DNA of 64,000 nucleotides, taken from the NCBI RefSeq assembly GCF_009914755.1, contig NC_060948.1; one strand, given 5' to 3'. This DNA comes from the human T2T-CHM13v2.0 reference genome, Homo sapiens. The notes under the pieces were generated by a model. It saw only the letters and a program-made list of their open reading frames with translations, had not been told where the DNA came from and ran no database searches. Shown one piece after another: positions 11,722 through 26,990 of this stretch. A program made the position numbers and the translations under genes. Positions within the stretch are counted from its first letter, which is position 1; each line of letters starts with the position of its first letter.

Positions 11722-14700
11722 TCAATAGGAATGAAATAGAATGGAATTCAATATAAGGGAATGGCATCCAATGGCAAGGAATGGAGTGGACTCCAATGGA
11801 AACAACATGAAAGGAATATAATATAATGGAATGGCATTGAACGAAATGGAAAGCAATGGAGTTAAAAGGTAAGATATCGAATGGAAAAGAATTGAATGGA
11901 CTCGAATGGAATATAACGGAATGGAATGGACTCGAATGGAATGTACTAGAGTTGAATGGAATCGAATGGAATGGAAAACAGTGGAAAGGAAAGGAAGGGA
12001 ATTGAAAGGAAAGGAATAGAATGGAATGGAATCGGATAGAATGGAATTGAATGGAATGGAAACTAAAGGAATAGAATAGAAAGGAATGGCATTGAATGGA
12101 ATGGAATGGAATGGAATCAGATGGAACAGAAAGGAATGGAATAGAATCGAATGGTATGGCATCGAATGGATTGGAATGGAAAGGAATGGAATGAACTCGA
12201 ATGGAATGTACTCAAATGGAATAGAATAGAATGGAATGGAAGTAAATATAATGGACTCGAATGGAATGGATTGGAATAAATTGGAATTGAATGTATTGGA
12301 TTCGATTGGAAAGGAATGGAATGGAATGGAATGGATTCGAATGGAATGGAATCGAATGGAATGGAACGAATTGGAATGTAATTGAATGGCGTCGAAAACA
12401 GTAGAAAGAAATGAAGTTTAATCGAATGATATCGAATGGAATTGAATGGAATGTACGCGAATGGAATGGACTGGAATGGAATGGACTCTATGGGAATGAA
12501 GAGGAGTGGAGTGGACTGGAATGTCATGGAGACGATTGGAATGGAAAGGAATGCAAAGGAATGGAATGGAATGGAATCTGATGCATCGCAATGGAATGGA
12601 ATGGGGTCGAATGGAATAGAATCGAAAGGAATGGCATCCAATGGAATGGAAACGAATTGAATGGAATGGCATGGAATGGAATGGAAAGGAATATAATGGA
12701 AAGGAATCGGATGGAACGGAATGGAATGGAATGGAGTCGAATGGAATAGAATCTAATAGAATTGCATTGATAGGAATGGAATCGAACGGACTCGAAAGGA
12801 TTGGAGCCTAACAGAAGAGAATCGAACAGAATAGCATCAAATGGAATGGAAATGAATGGAATGGAATGGAATGGAATGGAATGGAATGGAATGGAATGGA
12901 CACACATGTAATGGACTTGAATGGAATGGAATCAAATAGAATGGACGCGAATGGAATGGTCTCGAATGGAATTTATGAAAATAGAATGGAATCGAAATTC
13001 ATTGAACATTATGGAATGGAATCAAATGGAATGAAATCGAATGGAAGGAACCGGAATGGAATGTACTGGAATAGAACGGACTCGAATGTTACGGAAAGAA
13101 AAGTAAGTGATTCGGATGTCTTTTAATTGAATGGAATGAAATCAAATGGAATGGAAAGGAATAAAATGGAATGGAATGAAATAGAATGCAATAGAATGGA
13201 AGGGAGTGGAGTCGAGTTGAATGGAATCGAATTGAATGGAATAGAATGGAATAGAATCAAATGGAATGGATTCGAATGCAATGGAACCGAATGGAATGGA
13301 CTGGAACATAATGGAATCGAAAGGAATGGAAAGGAATTGAATGCAATGGAAAGCAATGGAATCGAATGTAATGGAGTCGTATGTAGTGGAGTCGAATGGA
13401 ATGGAATCAAATGGAAGGAAAAGAATACAATCGAATGGAATAGAATAGAATACAACAGAATGAAACGGAGTGGAATCGAGTGGGATGGAATAGAATTCAA
13501 TGGAATGGAAAGGAATGGAATCGAATGGAATGGAATCGAATGGAATGGAACCGAACAAAATGGAATTGAACAGATTAGAATCGAATGGATCCGAATCGAA
13601 TGGAATGGAATATAAGGGAATGGAATGGAATGGAATGGACCCAAATGTAATGAACTCTAATGAAATGGACTTTAATAGAATGGATTAGAAAACAATGGGC
13701 TCGAATGGAATTTAATCAAGTCGAATTTAATGGAATGGAATGGAATGCAAAACTATGGAATAGCATCAAATGGAATGGAACAGAATAGAGTGGAATGGAA
13801 TGGAATACACAGGTATAGAACAGACTCGAATGTAATGGATTGCAATGTAAGTGATTCAAAGGGAATGGAATCAAATGGAATATAATCAAATGGAATGGAA
13901 TGGAGTGCATTGGAATGGAATAAAATGGAATGCAAACAATGGTACAGAACTCATTTGAATCTAGAGGAATGGAATCGAATGCAATGGAAAAGAATGGAAT
14001 GGACACGAATGGAATGGATTGGAAACAAATGGAATGGAAAGGATTTTAATCATACAGAACAAAATAGAATGCAATGGACTCGAATGAAATGGAGTCGAAG
14101 AGAATAGTATCAAATGGAAAGGAATGGAATGCAATCGAATCGAATGGAATGTTAATGAAATTAATTGAAAGGAATAGAATGGAATGAAGTGTAACGGAAA
14201 GATATCGAATTGAATGGAATTGAATGGAATGGACACAAACGGAATGGACTGGAATGGAATGAACTGGAAAGGAATGGAATGGAGCGGAACGGACTCGAGT
14301 GCAATGGAATCGAATGGTATAGAATAGAATGGAATGGAATGGAAAGGAATAGAAGGGAATGGAATCGGATCCAACGGGACAGATTGGAATGGGGTAGAAT
14401 TGAATAGAATCGAATGGAATGGCATCGAATGTAATGGAATGGAATGGACTCGAATGGAATGGAGTGACATGTAATGGAATCGAAAGGAATGGAATCGAAT
14501 GAAATGGAATTGAATGGAATAGAAAGGAATAGAATGGAATGGAGTTTAATGGAAAGATATTAAAAGTAATGGAATGGAATTGAGTGGACACGAATGGAAT
14601 GGACTGGAATGGAAAGGACTCGAATGAAATGGAGCGCATTAGAATGGACTCGAATGGAATGGATTGGAGTGGAATGGTCTCGAATGGATTGGAAACGAAT

Positions 14701-15547
14701 GGAATGGAAAGGAGTAGAATGGAATGTAATCAAATGGAACGAAATGGAATGGAATGGATTCGACTGGAACAGAATTGAATGGAGTGGAATTGATTGGAAT
14801 GGAATGCAATCGAATGGAATGAACACGAATGGAATAGAATGAAATGAAATGGCATAGAATGGAATGGAATGGAATGGAATGGAATGGAATGGAATGGAAT
14901 GGAATGGAATGGAATGGAATGGAATGGCATGGCATGGAACGTGATGGAATGGAATGAAATTGATTGGAATGGGATGGGCCCAAAAGTAAAGGACTCAAAT
15001 AAAAGGGACTCAAATAGAATGAATTGGAAAGAAACGGTCTCGAATGTAATTCATTCGAATGGAATGATATTGAATGGAATGCAATAGTATGGAATGGTAT
15101 CGAATAGAATGGAATAGAATGGAATGGAATGGAACGGAATGGAGTGCATTTGAACGGACTCAAATGCAATAAATTGCAATATAATTGATTCAAATGGAAT
15201 GGAATCGAATAGAATGTAAACAAACGGAATGGAAGGCAATGCAATGGAAAGGAATCGAATGAAATGGACCCGAGTGGAATGGACTCACATAGAACAGCCT
15301 TGAATGTAATGGATGACAATGTATTAGATTCGAAAGGACTGAAATCGAATGGAATGTAATCAAATAGAACGGAATTGAATGCATGGAATGGCATAGAAAG
15401 TAATGCAATGGAATGGAATAGACTGGAATGGAATGGAATCGGATGGAATGTAATGAAATGTAATGGAAGGAATGCCATGGAATGGAATGGAATGGAATGC
15501 AATGGGCCGGTGTATAATGGAGTGCAATGGAATTCAGTGGAATGTAG
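11722..15547 (+). repeat. Higher-order unit U4, 3826 bp
   Basis: Anchor spacing. Tract B is 3 pentamers longer; TCTAGA allele at 13960-13965. Confidence 0.92.
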
Positions 15548-18500
15548 TCAATAGGAATGAAATAGAATGGAATTCAATATAAGGGAATGGCATCCAATGG
15601 CAAGGAATGGAGTGGACTCCAATGGAAACAACATGAAAGGAATATAATATAATGGAATGGCATTGAACGAAATGGAAAGCAATGGAGTTAAAAGGTAAGA
15701 TATCGAATGGAAAAGAATTGAATGGACTCGAATGGAATATAACGGAATGGAATGGACTCGAATGGAATGTACTAGAGTTGAATGGAATCGAATGGAATGG
15801 AAAACAGTGGAAAGGAAAGGAAGGGAATTGAAAGGAAAGGAATAGAATGGAATGGAATCGGATAGAATGGAATTGAATGGAATGGAAACTAAAGGAATAG
15901 AATAGAAAGGAATGGCATTGAATGGAATGGAATGGAATGGAATCAGATGGAACAGAAAGGAATGGAATAGAATCGAATGGTATGGCATCGAATGGATTGG
16001 AATGGAAAGGAATGGAATGAACTCGAATGGAATGTACTCAAATGGAATAGAATAGAATGGAATGGAAGTAAATATAATGGACTCGAATGGAATGGATTGG
16101 AATAAATTGGAATTGAATGTATTGGATTCGATTGGAAAGGAATGGAATGGAATGGAATGGATTCGAATGGAATGGAATCGAATGGAATGGAACGAATTGG
16201 AATGTAATTGAATGGCGTCGAAAACAGTAGAAAGAAATGAAGTTTAATCGAATGATATCGAATGGAATTGAATGGAATGTACGCGAATGGAATGGACTGG
16301 AATGGAATGGACTCTATGGGAATGAAGAGGAGTGGAGTGGACTCGAATGTCATGGAGACGATTGGAATGGAAAGGAATGCAAAGGAATGGAATGGAATGG
16401 AATCTGATGCATCGCAATGGAATGGAATGGGGTCGAATGGAATAGAATCGAAAGGAATGGCATCCAATGGAATGGAAACGAATTGAATGGAATGGCATGG
16501 AATGGAATGGAAAGGAATATAATGGAAAGGAATCGGATGGAACGGAATGGAATGGAATGGAGTCGAATGGAATAGAATCTAATAGAATTGCATTGATAGG
16601 AATGGAATCGAACGGACTCGAAAGGATTGGAGCCTAACAGAAGAGAATCGAACAGAATAGCATCAAATGGAATGGAAATGAATGGAATGGAATGGAATGG
16701 AATGGAATGGAATGGACACACATGTAATGGACTTGAATGGAATGGAATCAAATAGAATGGACGCGAATGGAATGGTCTCGAATGGAATTTATGAAAATAG
16801 AATGGAATCGAAATTCATTGAACATTATGGAATGGAATCAAATGGAATGAAATCGAATGGAAGGAACCGGAATGGAATGTACTGGAATAGAACGGACTCG
16901 AATGTTACGGAAAGAAAAGTAAGTGATTCGGATGTCTTTTAATTGAATGGAATGAAATCAAATGGAATGGAAAGGAATAAAATGGAATGGAATGAAATAG
17001 AATGCAATAGAATGGAAGGGAGTGGAGTCGAGTTGAATGGAATCGAATTGAATGGAATAGAATGGAATAGAATCAAATGGAATGGATTCGAATGCAATGG
17101 AACCGAATGGAATGGACTGGAACATAATGGAATCGAAAGGAATGGAAAGGAATTGAATGCAATGGAAAGCAATGGAATCGAATGTAATGGAGTCGTATGT
17201 AGTGGAGTCGAATGGAATGGAATCAAATGGAAGGAAAAGAATACAATCGAATGGAATAGAATAGAATACAACAGAATGAAACGGAGTGGAATCGAGTGGG
17301 ATGGAATAGAATTCAATGGAATGGAAAGGAATGGAATCGAATGGAATGGAATCGAATGGAATGGAACCGAACAAAATGGAATTGAACAGATTAGAATCGA
17401 ATGGATCCGAATCGAATGGAATGGAATATAAGGGAATGGAATGGAATGGAATGGACCCAAATGTAATGAACTCTAATGAAATGGACTTTAATAGAATGGA
17501 TTAGAAAACAATGGGCTCGAATGGAATTTAATCAAGTCGAATTTAATGGAATGGAATGGAATGCAAAACTATGGAATAGCATCAAATGGAATGGAACAGA
17601 ATAGAGTGGAATGGAATGGAATACACAGGTATAGAACAGACTCGAATGTAATGGATTGCAATGTAAGTGATTCAAAGGGAATGGAATCAAATGGAATATA
17701 ATCAAATGGAATGGAATGGAGTGCATTGGAATGGAATAAAATGGAATGCAAACAATGGTACAGAACTCATTTGAATCTAGAGGAATGGAATCGAATGCAA
17801 TGGAAAAGAATGGAATGGACACGAATGGAATGGATTGGAAACAAATGGAATGGAAAGGATTTTAATCATACAGAACAAAATAGAATGCAATGGACTCGAA
17901 TGAAATGGAGTCGAAGAGAATAGTATCAAATGGAAAGGAATGGAATGCAATCGAATCGAATGGAATGTTAATGAAATTAATTGAAAGGAATAGAATGGAA
18001 TGAAGTGTAACGGAAAGATATCGAATTGAATGGAATTGAATGGAATGGACACAAACGGAATGGACTGGAATGGAATGAACTCGAAAGGAATGGAATGGAG
18101 CGGAACGGACTCGAGTGCAATGGAATCGAATGGTATAGAATAGAATGGAATGGAATGGAAAGGAATAGAAGGGAATGGAATCGGATCCAACGGGACAGAT
18201 TGGAATGGGGTAGAATTGAATAGAATCGAATGGAATGGCATCGAATGTAATGGAATGGAATGGACTCGAATGGAATGGAGTGACATGTAATGGAATCGAA
18301 AGGAATGGAATCGAATGAAATGGAATTGAATGGAATAGAAAGGAATAGAATGGAATGGAGTTTAATGGAAAGATATTAAAAGTAATGGAATGGAATTGAG
18401 TGGACACGAATGGAATGGACTGGAATGGAAAGGACTCGAATGAAATGGAGCGCATTAGAATGGACTCGAATGGAATGGATTGGAGTGGAATGGTCTCGAA

Positions 18501-19363
18501 TGGATTGGAAACGAATGGAATGGAAAGGAGTAGAATGGAATGTAATCAAATGGAACGAAATGGAATGGAATGGATTCGACTGGAACAGAATTGAATGGAG
18601 TGGAATTGATTGGAATGGAATGCAATCGAATGGAATGAACACGAATGGAATAGAATGAAATGAAATGGCATAGAATGGAATGGAATGGAATGGAATGGAA
18701 TGGAATGGAATGGAATGGAATGGAATGGAATGGAATGGAATGGCATGGCATGGAACGTGATGGAATGGAATGAAATTGATTGGAATGGGATGGGCCCAAA
18801 AGTAAAGGACTCAAATAAAAGGGACTCAAATAGAATGAATTGGAAAGAAACGGTCTCGAATGTAATTCATTCGAATGGAATGATATTGAATGGAATGCAA
18901 TAGTATGGAATGGTATCGAATAGAATGGAATAGAATGGAATGGAATGGAACGGAATGGAGTGCATTTGAACGGACTCAAATGCAATAAATTGCAATATAA
19001 TTGATTCAAATGGAATGGAATCGAATAGAATGTAAACAAACGGAATGGAAGGCAATGCAATGGAAAGGAATCGAATGAAATGGACCCGAGTGGAATGGAC
19101 TCACATAGAACAGCCTTGAATGTAATGGATGACAATGTATTAGATTCGAAAGGACTGAAATCGAATGGAATGTAATCAAATAGAACGGAATTGAATGCAT
19201 GGAATGGCATAGAAAGTAATGCAATGGAATGGAATAGACTGGAATGGAATGGAATCGGATGGAATGTAATGAAATGTAATGGAAGGAATGCCATGGAATG
19301 GAATGGAATGGAATGCAATGGGCCGGTGTATAATGGAGTGCAATGGAATTCAGTGGAATGTAG
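15548..19363 (+). repeat. Higher-order unit U5, 3816 bp
   Basis: Anchor spacing. Tract A -2 and tract B +3 pentamers. Confidence 0.92.
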
Positions 19364-22300
19364 TCAATAGGAATGAAATAGAATGGAATTCAATATAAGG
19401 GAATGGCATCCAATGGCAAGGAATGGAGTGGACTCCAATGGAAACAACATGAAAGGAATATAATATAATGGAATGGCATTGAACGAAATGGAAAGCAATG
19501 GAGTTAAAAGGTAAGATATCGAATGGAAAAGAATTGAATGGACTCGAATGGAATATAACGGAATGGAATGGACTCGAATGGAATGTACTAGAGTTGAATG
19601 GAATCGAATGGAATGGAAAACAGTGGAAAGGAAAGGAAGGGAATTGAAAGGAAAGGAATAGAATGGAATGGAATCGGATAGAATGGAATTGAATGGAATG
19701 GAAACTAAAGGAATAGAATAGAAAGGAATGGCATTGAATGGAATGGAATGGAATGGAATCAGATGGAACAGAAAGGAATGGAATAGAATCGAATGGTATG
19801 GCATCGAATGGATTGGAATGGAAAGGAATGGAATGAACTCGAATGGAATGTACTCAAATGGAATAGAATAGAATGGAATGGAAGTAAATATAATGGACTC
19901 GAATGGAATGGATTGGAATAAATTGGAATTGAATGTATTGGATTCGATTGGAAAGGAATGGAATGGAATGGAATGGATTCGAATGGAATGGAATCGAATG
20001 GAATGGAACGAATTGGAATGTAATTGAATGGCGTCGAAAACAGTAGAAAGAAATGAAGTTTAATCGAATGATATCGAATGGAATTGAATGGAATGTACGC
20101 GAATGGAATGGACTGGAATGGAATGGACTCTATGGGAATGAAGAGGAGTGGAGTGGACTCGAATGTCATGGAGACGATTGGAATGGAAAGGAATGCAAAG
20201 GAATGGAATGGAATGGAATCTGATGCATCGCAATGGAATGGAATGGGGTCGAATGGAATAGAATCGAAAGGAATGGCATCCAATGGAATGGAAACGAATT
20301 GAATGGAATGGCATGGAATGGAATGGAAAGGAATATAATGGAAAGGAATCGGATGGAACGGAATGGAATGGAATGGAGTCGAATGGAATAGAATCTAATA
20401 GAATTGCATTGATAGGAATGGAATCGAACGGACTCGAAAGGATTGGAGCCTAACAGAAGAGAATCGAACAGAATAGCATCAAATGGAATGGAAATGAATG
20501 GAATGGAATGGAATGGAATGGAATGGAATGGAATGGAATGGAATGGAATGGACACACATGTAATGGACTTGAATGGAATGGAATCAAATAGAATGGACGC
20601 GAATGGAATGGTCTCGAATGGAATTTATGAAAATAGAATGGAATCGAAATTCATTGAACATTATGGAATGGAATCAAATGGAATGAAATCGAATGGAAGG
20701 AACCGGAATGGAATGTACTGGAATAGAACGGACTCGAATGTTACGGAAAGAAAAGTAAGTGATTCGGATGTCTTTTAATTGAATGGAATGAAATCAAATG
20801 GAATGGAAAGGAATAAAATGGAATGGAATGAAATAGAATGCAATAGAATGGAAGGGAGTGGAGTCGAGTTGAATGGAATCGAATTGAATGGAATAGAATG
20901 GAATAGAATCAAATGGAATGGATTCGAATGCAATGGAACCGAATGGAATGGACTGGAACATAATGGAATCGAAAGGAATGGAAAGGAATTGAATGCAATG
21001 GAAAGCAATGGAATCGAATGTAATGGAGTCGTATGTAGTGGAGTCGAATGGAATGGAATCAAATGGAAGGAAAAGAATACAATCGAATGGAATAGAATAG
21101 AATACAACAGAATGAAACGGAGTGGAATCGAGTGGGATGGAATAGAATTCAATGGAATGGAAAGGAATGGAATCGAATGGAATGGAATCGAATGGAATGG
21201 AACCGAACAAAATGGAATTGAACAGATTAGAATCGAATGGATCCGAATCGAATGGAATGGAATATAAGGGAATGGAATGGAATGGAATGGACCCAAATGT
21301 AATGAACTCTAATGAAATGGACTTTAATAGAATGGATTAGAAAACAATGGGCTCGAATGGAATTTAATCAAGTCGAATTTAATGGAATGGAATGGAATGC
21401 AAAACTATGGAATAGCATCAAATGGAATGGAACAGAATAGAGTGGAATGGAATGGAATACACAGGTATAGAACAGACTCGAATGTAATGGATTGCAATGT
21501 AAGTGATTCAAAGGGAATGGAATCAAATGGAATATAATCAAATGGAATGGAATGGAGTGCATTGGAATGGAATAAAATGGAATGCAAACAATGGTACAGA
21601 ACTCATTTGAATGTAGAGGAATGGAATCGAATGCAATGGAAAAGAATGGAATGGACACGAATGGAATGGATTGGAAACAAATGGAATGGAAAGGATTTTA
21701 ATCATACAGAACAAAATAGAATGCAATGGACTCGAATGAAATGGAGTCGAAGAGAATAGTATCAAATGGAAAGGAATGGAATGCAATCGAATCGAATGGA
21801 ATGTTAATGAAATTAATTGAAAGGAATAGAATGGAATGAAGTGTAACGGAAAGATATCGAATTGAATGGAATTGAATGCAATGGACACAAACGGAATGGA
21901 CTGGAATGGAATGAACTGGAAAGGAATGGAATGGAGCGGAACGGACTCGAGTGCAATGGAATCGAATGGTATAGAATAGAATGGAATGGAATGGAAAGGA
22001 ATAGAAGGGAATGGAATCGGATCCAACGGGACAGATTGGAATGGGGTAGAATTGAATAGAATCGAATGGAATGGCATCGAATGTAATGGAATGGAATGGA
22101 CTCGAATGGAATGGAGTGACATGTAATGGAATCGAAAGGAATGGAATCGAATGAAATGGAATTGAATGGAATAGAAAGGAATAGAATGGAATGGAGTTTA
22201 ATGGAAAGATATTAAAAGTAATGGAATGGAATTGAGTGGACACGAATGGAATGGACTGGAATGGAAAGGACTCGAATGAAATGGAGCGCATTAGAATGGA

Positions 22301-23179
22301 CTCGAATGGAATGGATTGGAGTGGAATGGTCTCGAATGGATTGGAAACGAATGGAATGGAAAGGAGTAGAATGGAATGTAATCAAATGGAACGAAATGGA
22401 ATGGAATGGATTCGACTGGAACAGAATTGAATGGAGTGGAATTGATTGGAATGGAATGCAATCGAATGGAATGAACACGAATGGAATAGAATGAAATGAA
22501 ATGGCATAGAATGGAATGGAATGGAATGGAATGGAATGGAATGGAATGGAATGGAAAGGCATGGCATGGAACGTGATGGAATGGAATGAAATTGATTGGA
22601 ATGGGATGGGCCCAAAAGTAAAGGACTCAAATAAAAGGGACTCAAATAGAATGAATTGGAAAGAAACGGTCTCGAATGTAATTCATTCGAATGGAATGAT
22701 ATTGAATGGAATGCAATAGTATGGAATGGTATCGAATAGAATGGAATAGAATGGAATGGAATGGAACGGAATGGAGTGCATTTGAACGGACTCAAATGCA
22801 ATAAATTGCAATATAATTGATTCAAATGGAATGGAATCGAATAGAATGTAAACAAACGGAATGGAAGGCAATGCAATGGAAAGGAATCGAATGAAATGGA
22901 CCCGAGTGGAATGGACTCACATAGAACAGCCTTGAATGTAATGGATGACAATGTATTAGATTCGAAAGGACTGAAATCGAATGGAATGTAATCAAATAGA
23001 ACGGAATTGAATGCATGGAATGGCATAGAAAGTAATGCAATGGAATGGAATAGACTGGAATGGAATGGAATCGGATGGAATGTAATGAAATGTAATGGAA
23101 GGAATGCCATGGAATGGAATGGAATGGAATGCAATGGGCCGGTGTATAATGGAGTGCAATGGAATTCAGTGGAATGTAG
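19364..23179 (+). repeat. Higher-order unit U6, 3816 bp
   Basis: Anchor spacing. Tract A +2, tract B -1 ending in GAAAG. Confidence 0.92.
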
Positions 23180-26100
23180 TCAATAGGAATGAAATAGAAT
23201 GGAATTCAATATAAGGGAATGGCATCCAATGGCAAGGAATGGAGTGGACTCCAATGGAAACAACATGAAAGGAATATAATATAATGGAATGGCATTGAAC
23301 GAAATGGAAAGCAATGGAGTTAAAAGGTAAGATATCGAATGGAAAAGAATTGAATGGACTCGAATGGAATATAACGGAATGGAATGGACTCGAATGGAAT
23401 GTACTAGAGTTGAATGGAATCGAATGGAATGGAAAACAGTGGAAAGGAAAGGAAGGGAATTGAAAGGAAAGGAATAGAATGGAATGGAATCGGATAGAAT
23501 GGAATTGAATGGAATGGAAACTAAAGGAATAGAATAGAAAGGAATGGCATTGAATGGAATGGAATGGAATGGAATCAGATGGAACAGAAAGGAATGGAAT
23601 AGAATCGAATGGTATGGCATCGAATGGATTGGAATGGGAAGGAATGGAATGAACTCGAATGGAATGTACTCAAATGGAATAGAATAGAATGGAATGGAAG
23701 TAAATATAATGGACTCGAATGGAATGGATTGGAATAAATTGGAATTGAATGTATTGGATTCGATTGGAAAGGAATGGAATGGAATGGAATGGATTCGAAT
23801 GGAATGGAATCGAATGGAATGGAACGAATTGGAATGTAATTGAATGGCGTCGAAAACAGTAGAAAGAAATGAAGTTTAATCGAATGATATCGAATGGAAT
23901 TGAATGGAATGTACGCGAATGGAATGGACTGGAATGGAATGGACTCTATGGGAATGAAGAGGAGTGGAGTGGACTGGAATGTCATGGAGACGATTGGAAT
24001 GGAAAGGAATGCAAAGGAATGGAATGGAATGGAATCTGATGCATCGCAATGGAATGGAATGGGGTCGAATGGAATAGAATCGAAAGGAATGGCATCCAAT
24101 GGAATGGAAACGAATTGAATGGAATGGCATGGAATGGAATGGAAAGGAATATAATGGAAAGGAATCGGATGGAACGGAATGGAATGTAATGGAGTCGAAT
24201 GGAATAGAATCTAATAGAATTGCATTGATAGGAATGGAATCGAACGGACTCGAAAGGATTGGAGCCTAACAGAAGAGAATCGAACAGAATAGCATCAAAT
24301 GGAATGGAAATGAATGGAATGGAATGGAATGGAATGGAATGGAATGGAATGGAATGGAATGGACACACATGTAATGGACTTGAATGGAATGGAATCAAAT
24401 AGAATGGACGCGAATGGAATGGTCTCGAATGGAATTTATGAAAATAGAATGGAATCGAAATTCATTGAACATTATGGAATGGAATCAAATGGAATGAAAT
24501 CGAATGGAAGGAACCGGAATGGAATGTACTGGAATAGAACGGACTCGAATGTTACGGAAAGAAAAGTAAGTGATTCGGATGTCTTTTAATTGAATGGAAT
24601 GAAATCAAATGGAATGGAAAGGAATAAAATGGAATGGAATGAAATAGAATGCAATAGAATGGAAGGGAGTGGAGTCGAGTTGAATGGAATCGAATTGAAT
24701 GGAATAGAATGGAATAGAATCAAATGGAATGGATTCGAATGCAATGGAACCGAATGGAATGGACTGGAACATAATGGAATCGAAAGGAATGGAAAGGAAT
24801 TGAATGCAATGGAAAGCAATGGAATCGAATGTAATGGAGTCGTATGTAGTGGAGTCGAATGGAATGGAATCAAATGGAAGGAAAAGAATACAATCGAATG
24901 GAATAGAATAGAATACAACAGAATGAAACGGAGTGGAATCGAGTGGGATGGAATAGAATTCAATGGAATGGAAAGGAATGGAATCGAATGGAATGGAATC
25001 GAATGGAATGGAACCGAACAAAATGGAATTGAACAGATTAGAATCGAATGGATCCGAATCGAATGGAATGGAATATAAGGGAATGGAATGGAATGGAATG
25101 GACCCAAAGGTAATGAACTCTAATGAAATGGACTTTAATAGAATGGATTAGAAAACAATGGGCTCGAATGGAATTTAATCAAGTCGAATTTAATGGAATG
25201 GAATGGAATGCAAAACTATGGAATAGCATCAAATGGAATGGAACAGAATAGAGTGGAATGGAATGGAATACACAGGTATAGAACAGACTCGAATGTAATG
25301 GATTGCAATGTAAGTGATTCAAAGGGAATGGAATCAAATGGAATATAATCAAATGGAATGGAATGGAGTGCATTGGAATGGAATAAAATGGAATGCAAAC
25401 AATGGTACAGAACTCATTTGAATCTAGAGGAATGGAATCGAATGCAATGGAAAAGAATGGAATGGACACGAATGGAATGGATTGGAAACAAATGGAATGG
25501 AAAGGATTTTAATCATACAGAACAAAATAGAATGCAATGGACTCGAATGAAATGGAGTCGAAGAGAATAGTATCAAATGGAAAGGAATGGAATGCAATCG
25601 AATCGAATGGAATGTTAATGAAATTAATTGAAAGGAATAGAATGGAATGAAGTGTAACGGAAAGATATCGAATTGAATGGAATTGAATGGAATGGACACA
25701 AACGGAATGGACTGGAATGGAATGAACTCGAAAGGAATGGAATGGAGCGGAACGGACTCGAGTGTAATGGAATCGAATGGTATAGAATAGAACGGAATGG
25801 AATGGAAAGGAATAGAAGGGAATGGAATCGGATCCAACGGGACAGATTGGAATGGGGTAGAATTGAATAGAATCGAATGGAATGGCATCGAATGTAATGG
25901 AATGGAATGGACTCGAATGGAATGGAGTGACATGTAATGGAATCGAAAGGAATGGAATCGAATGAAATGGAATTGAATGGAATAGAAAGGAATAGAATGG
26001 AATGGAGTTTAATGGAAAGATATTAAAAGTAATGGAATGGAATTGAGTGGACACGAATGGAATGGACTGGAATGGAAAGGACTCGAATGAAATGGAGCGC

Positions 26101-26990
26101 ATTAGAATGGACTCGAATGGAATGGATTGGAGTGGAATGGTCTCGAATGGATTGGAAACGAATGGAATGGAAAGGAGTAGAATGGAATGTAATCAAATGG
26201 AACGAAATGGAATGGAATGGATTCGACTGGAACAGAATTGAATGGAGTGGAATTGATTGGAATGGAATGCAATCGAATGGAATGAACACGAATGGAATAG
26301 AATGAAATGAAATGGCATAGAATGGAATGGAATGGAATGGAATGGAATGGAATGGAATGGAATGGAAAGGCATGGCATGGAACGTGATGGAATGGAATGA
26401 AATTGATTGGAATGGGATGGGCCCAAAAGTAAAGGACTCAAATAAATGGGACTCAAATAGAATGAATTGGAAAGAAACGGTCTCGAATGTAATTCATTCG
26501 AATGGAATGATATTGAATGGAATGCAATAGTATGGAATGGTATCGAATAGAATGGAATAGAATGGAATGGAATGGAACGGAATGGAGTGCATTTGAACGG
26601 ACTCAAATGCAATAAATTGCAATATAATTGATTCAAATGGAATGGAATCGAATAGAATGTAAACAAACGGAATGGAAGGCAATGCAATGGAAAGGAATCG
26701 AATGAAATGGACCCGAGTGGAATGGACTCACATAGAACAGCCTTGAATGTAATGGATGACAATGTATTAGATTCGAAAGGACTGAAATCGAATGGAATGT
26801 AATCAAATAGAACGGAATTGAATGCATGGAATGGCATAGAAAGTAATGCAATGGAATGGAATAGACTGGAATGGAATGGAATCGGATGGAATGTAATGAA
26901 ATGTAATGGAAGGAATGCCATGGAATGGAATGGAATGGAATGCAATGGGCCGGTGTATAATGGAGTGCAATGGAATTCAGTGGAATGTAG
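23180..26990 (+). repeat. Higher-order unit U7, 3811 bp
   Basis: Anchor spacing. Tract A +1, tract B -1 ending in GAAAG. Confidence 0.92.
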
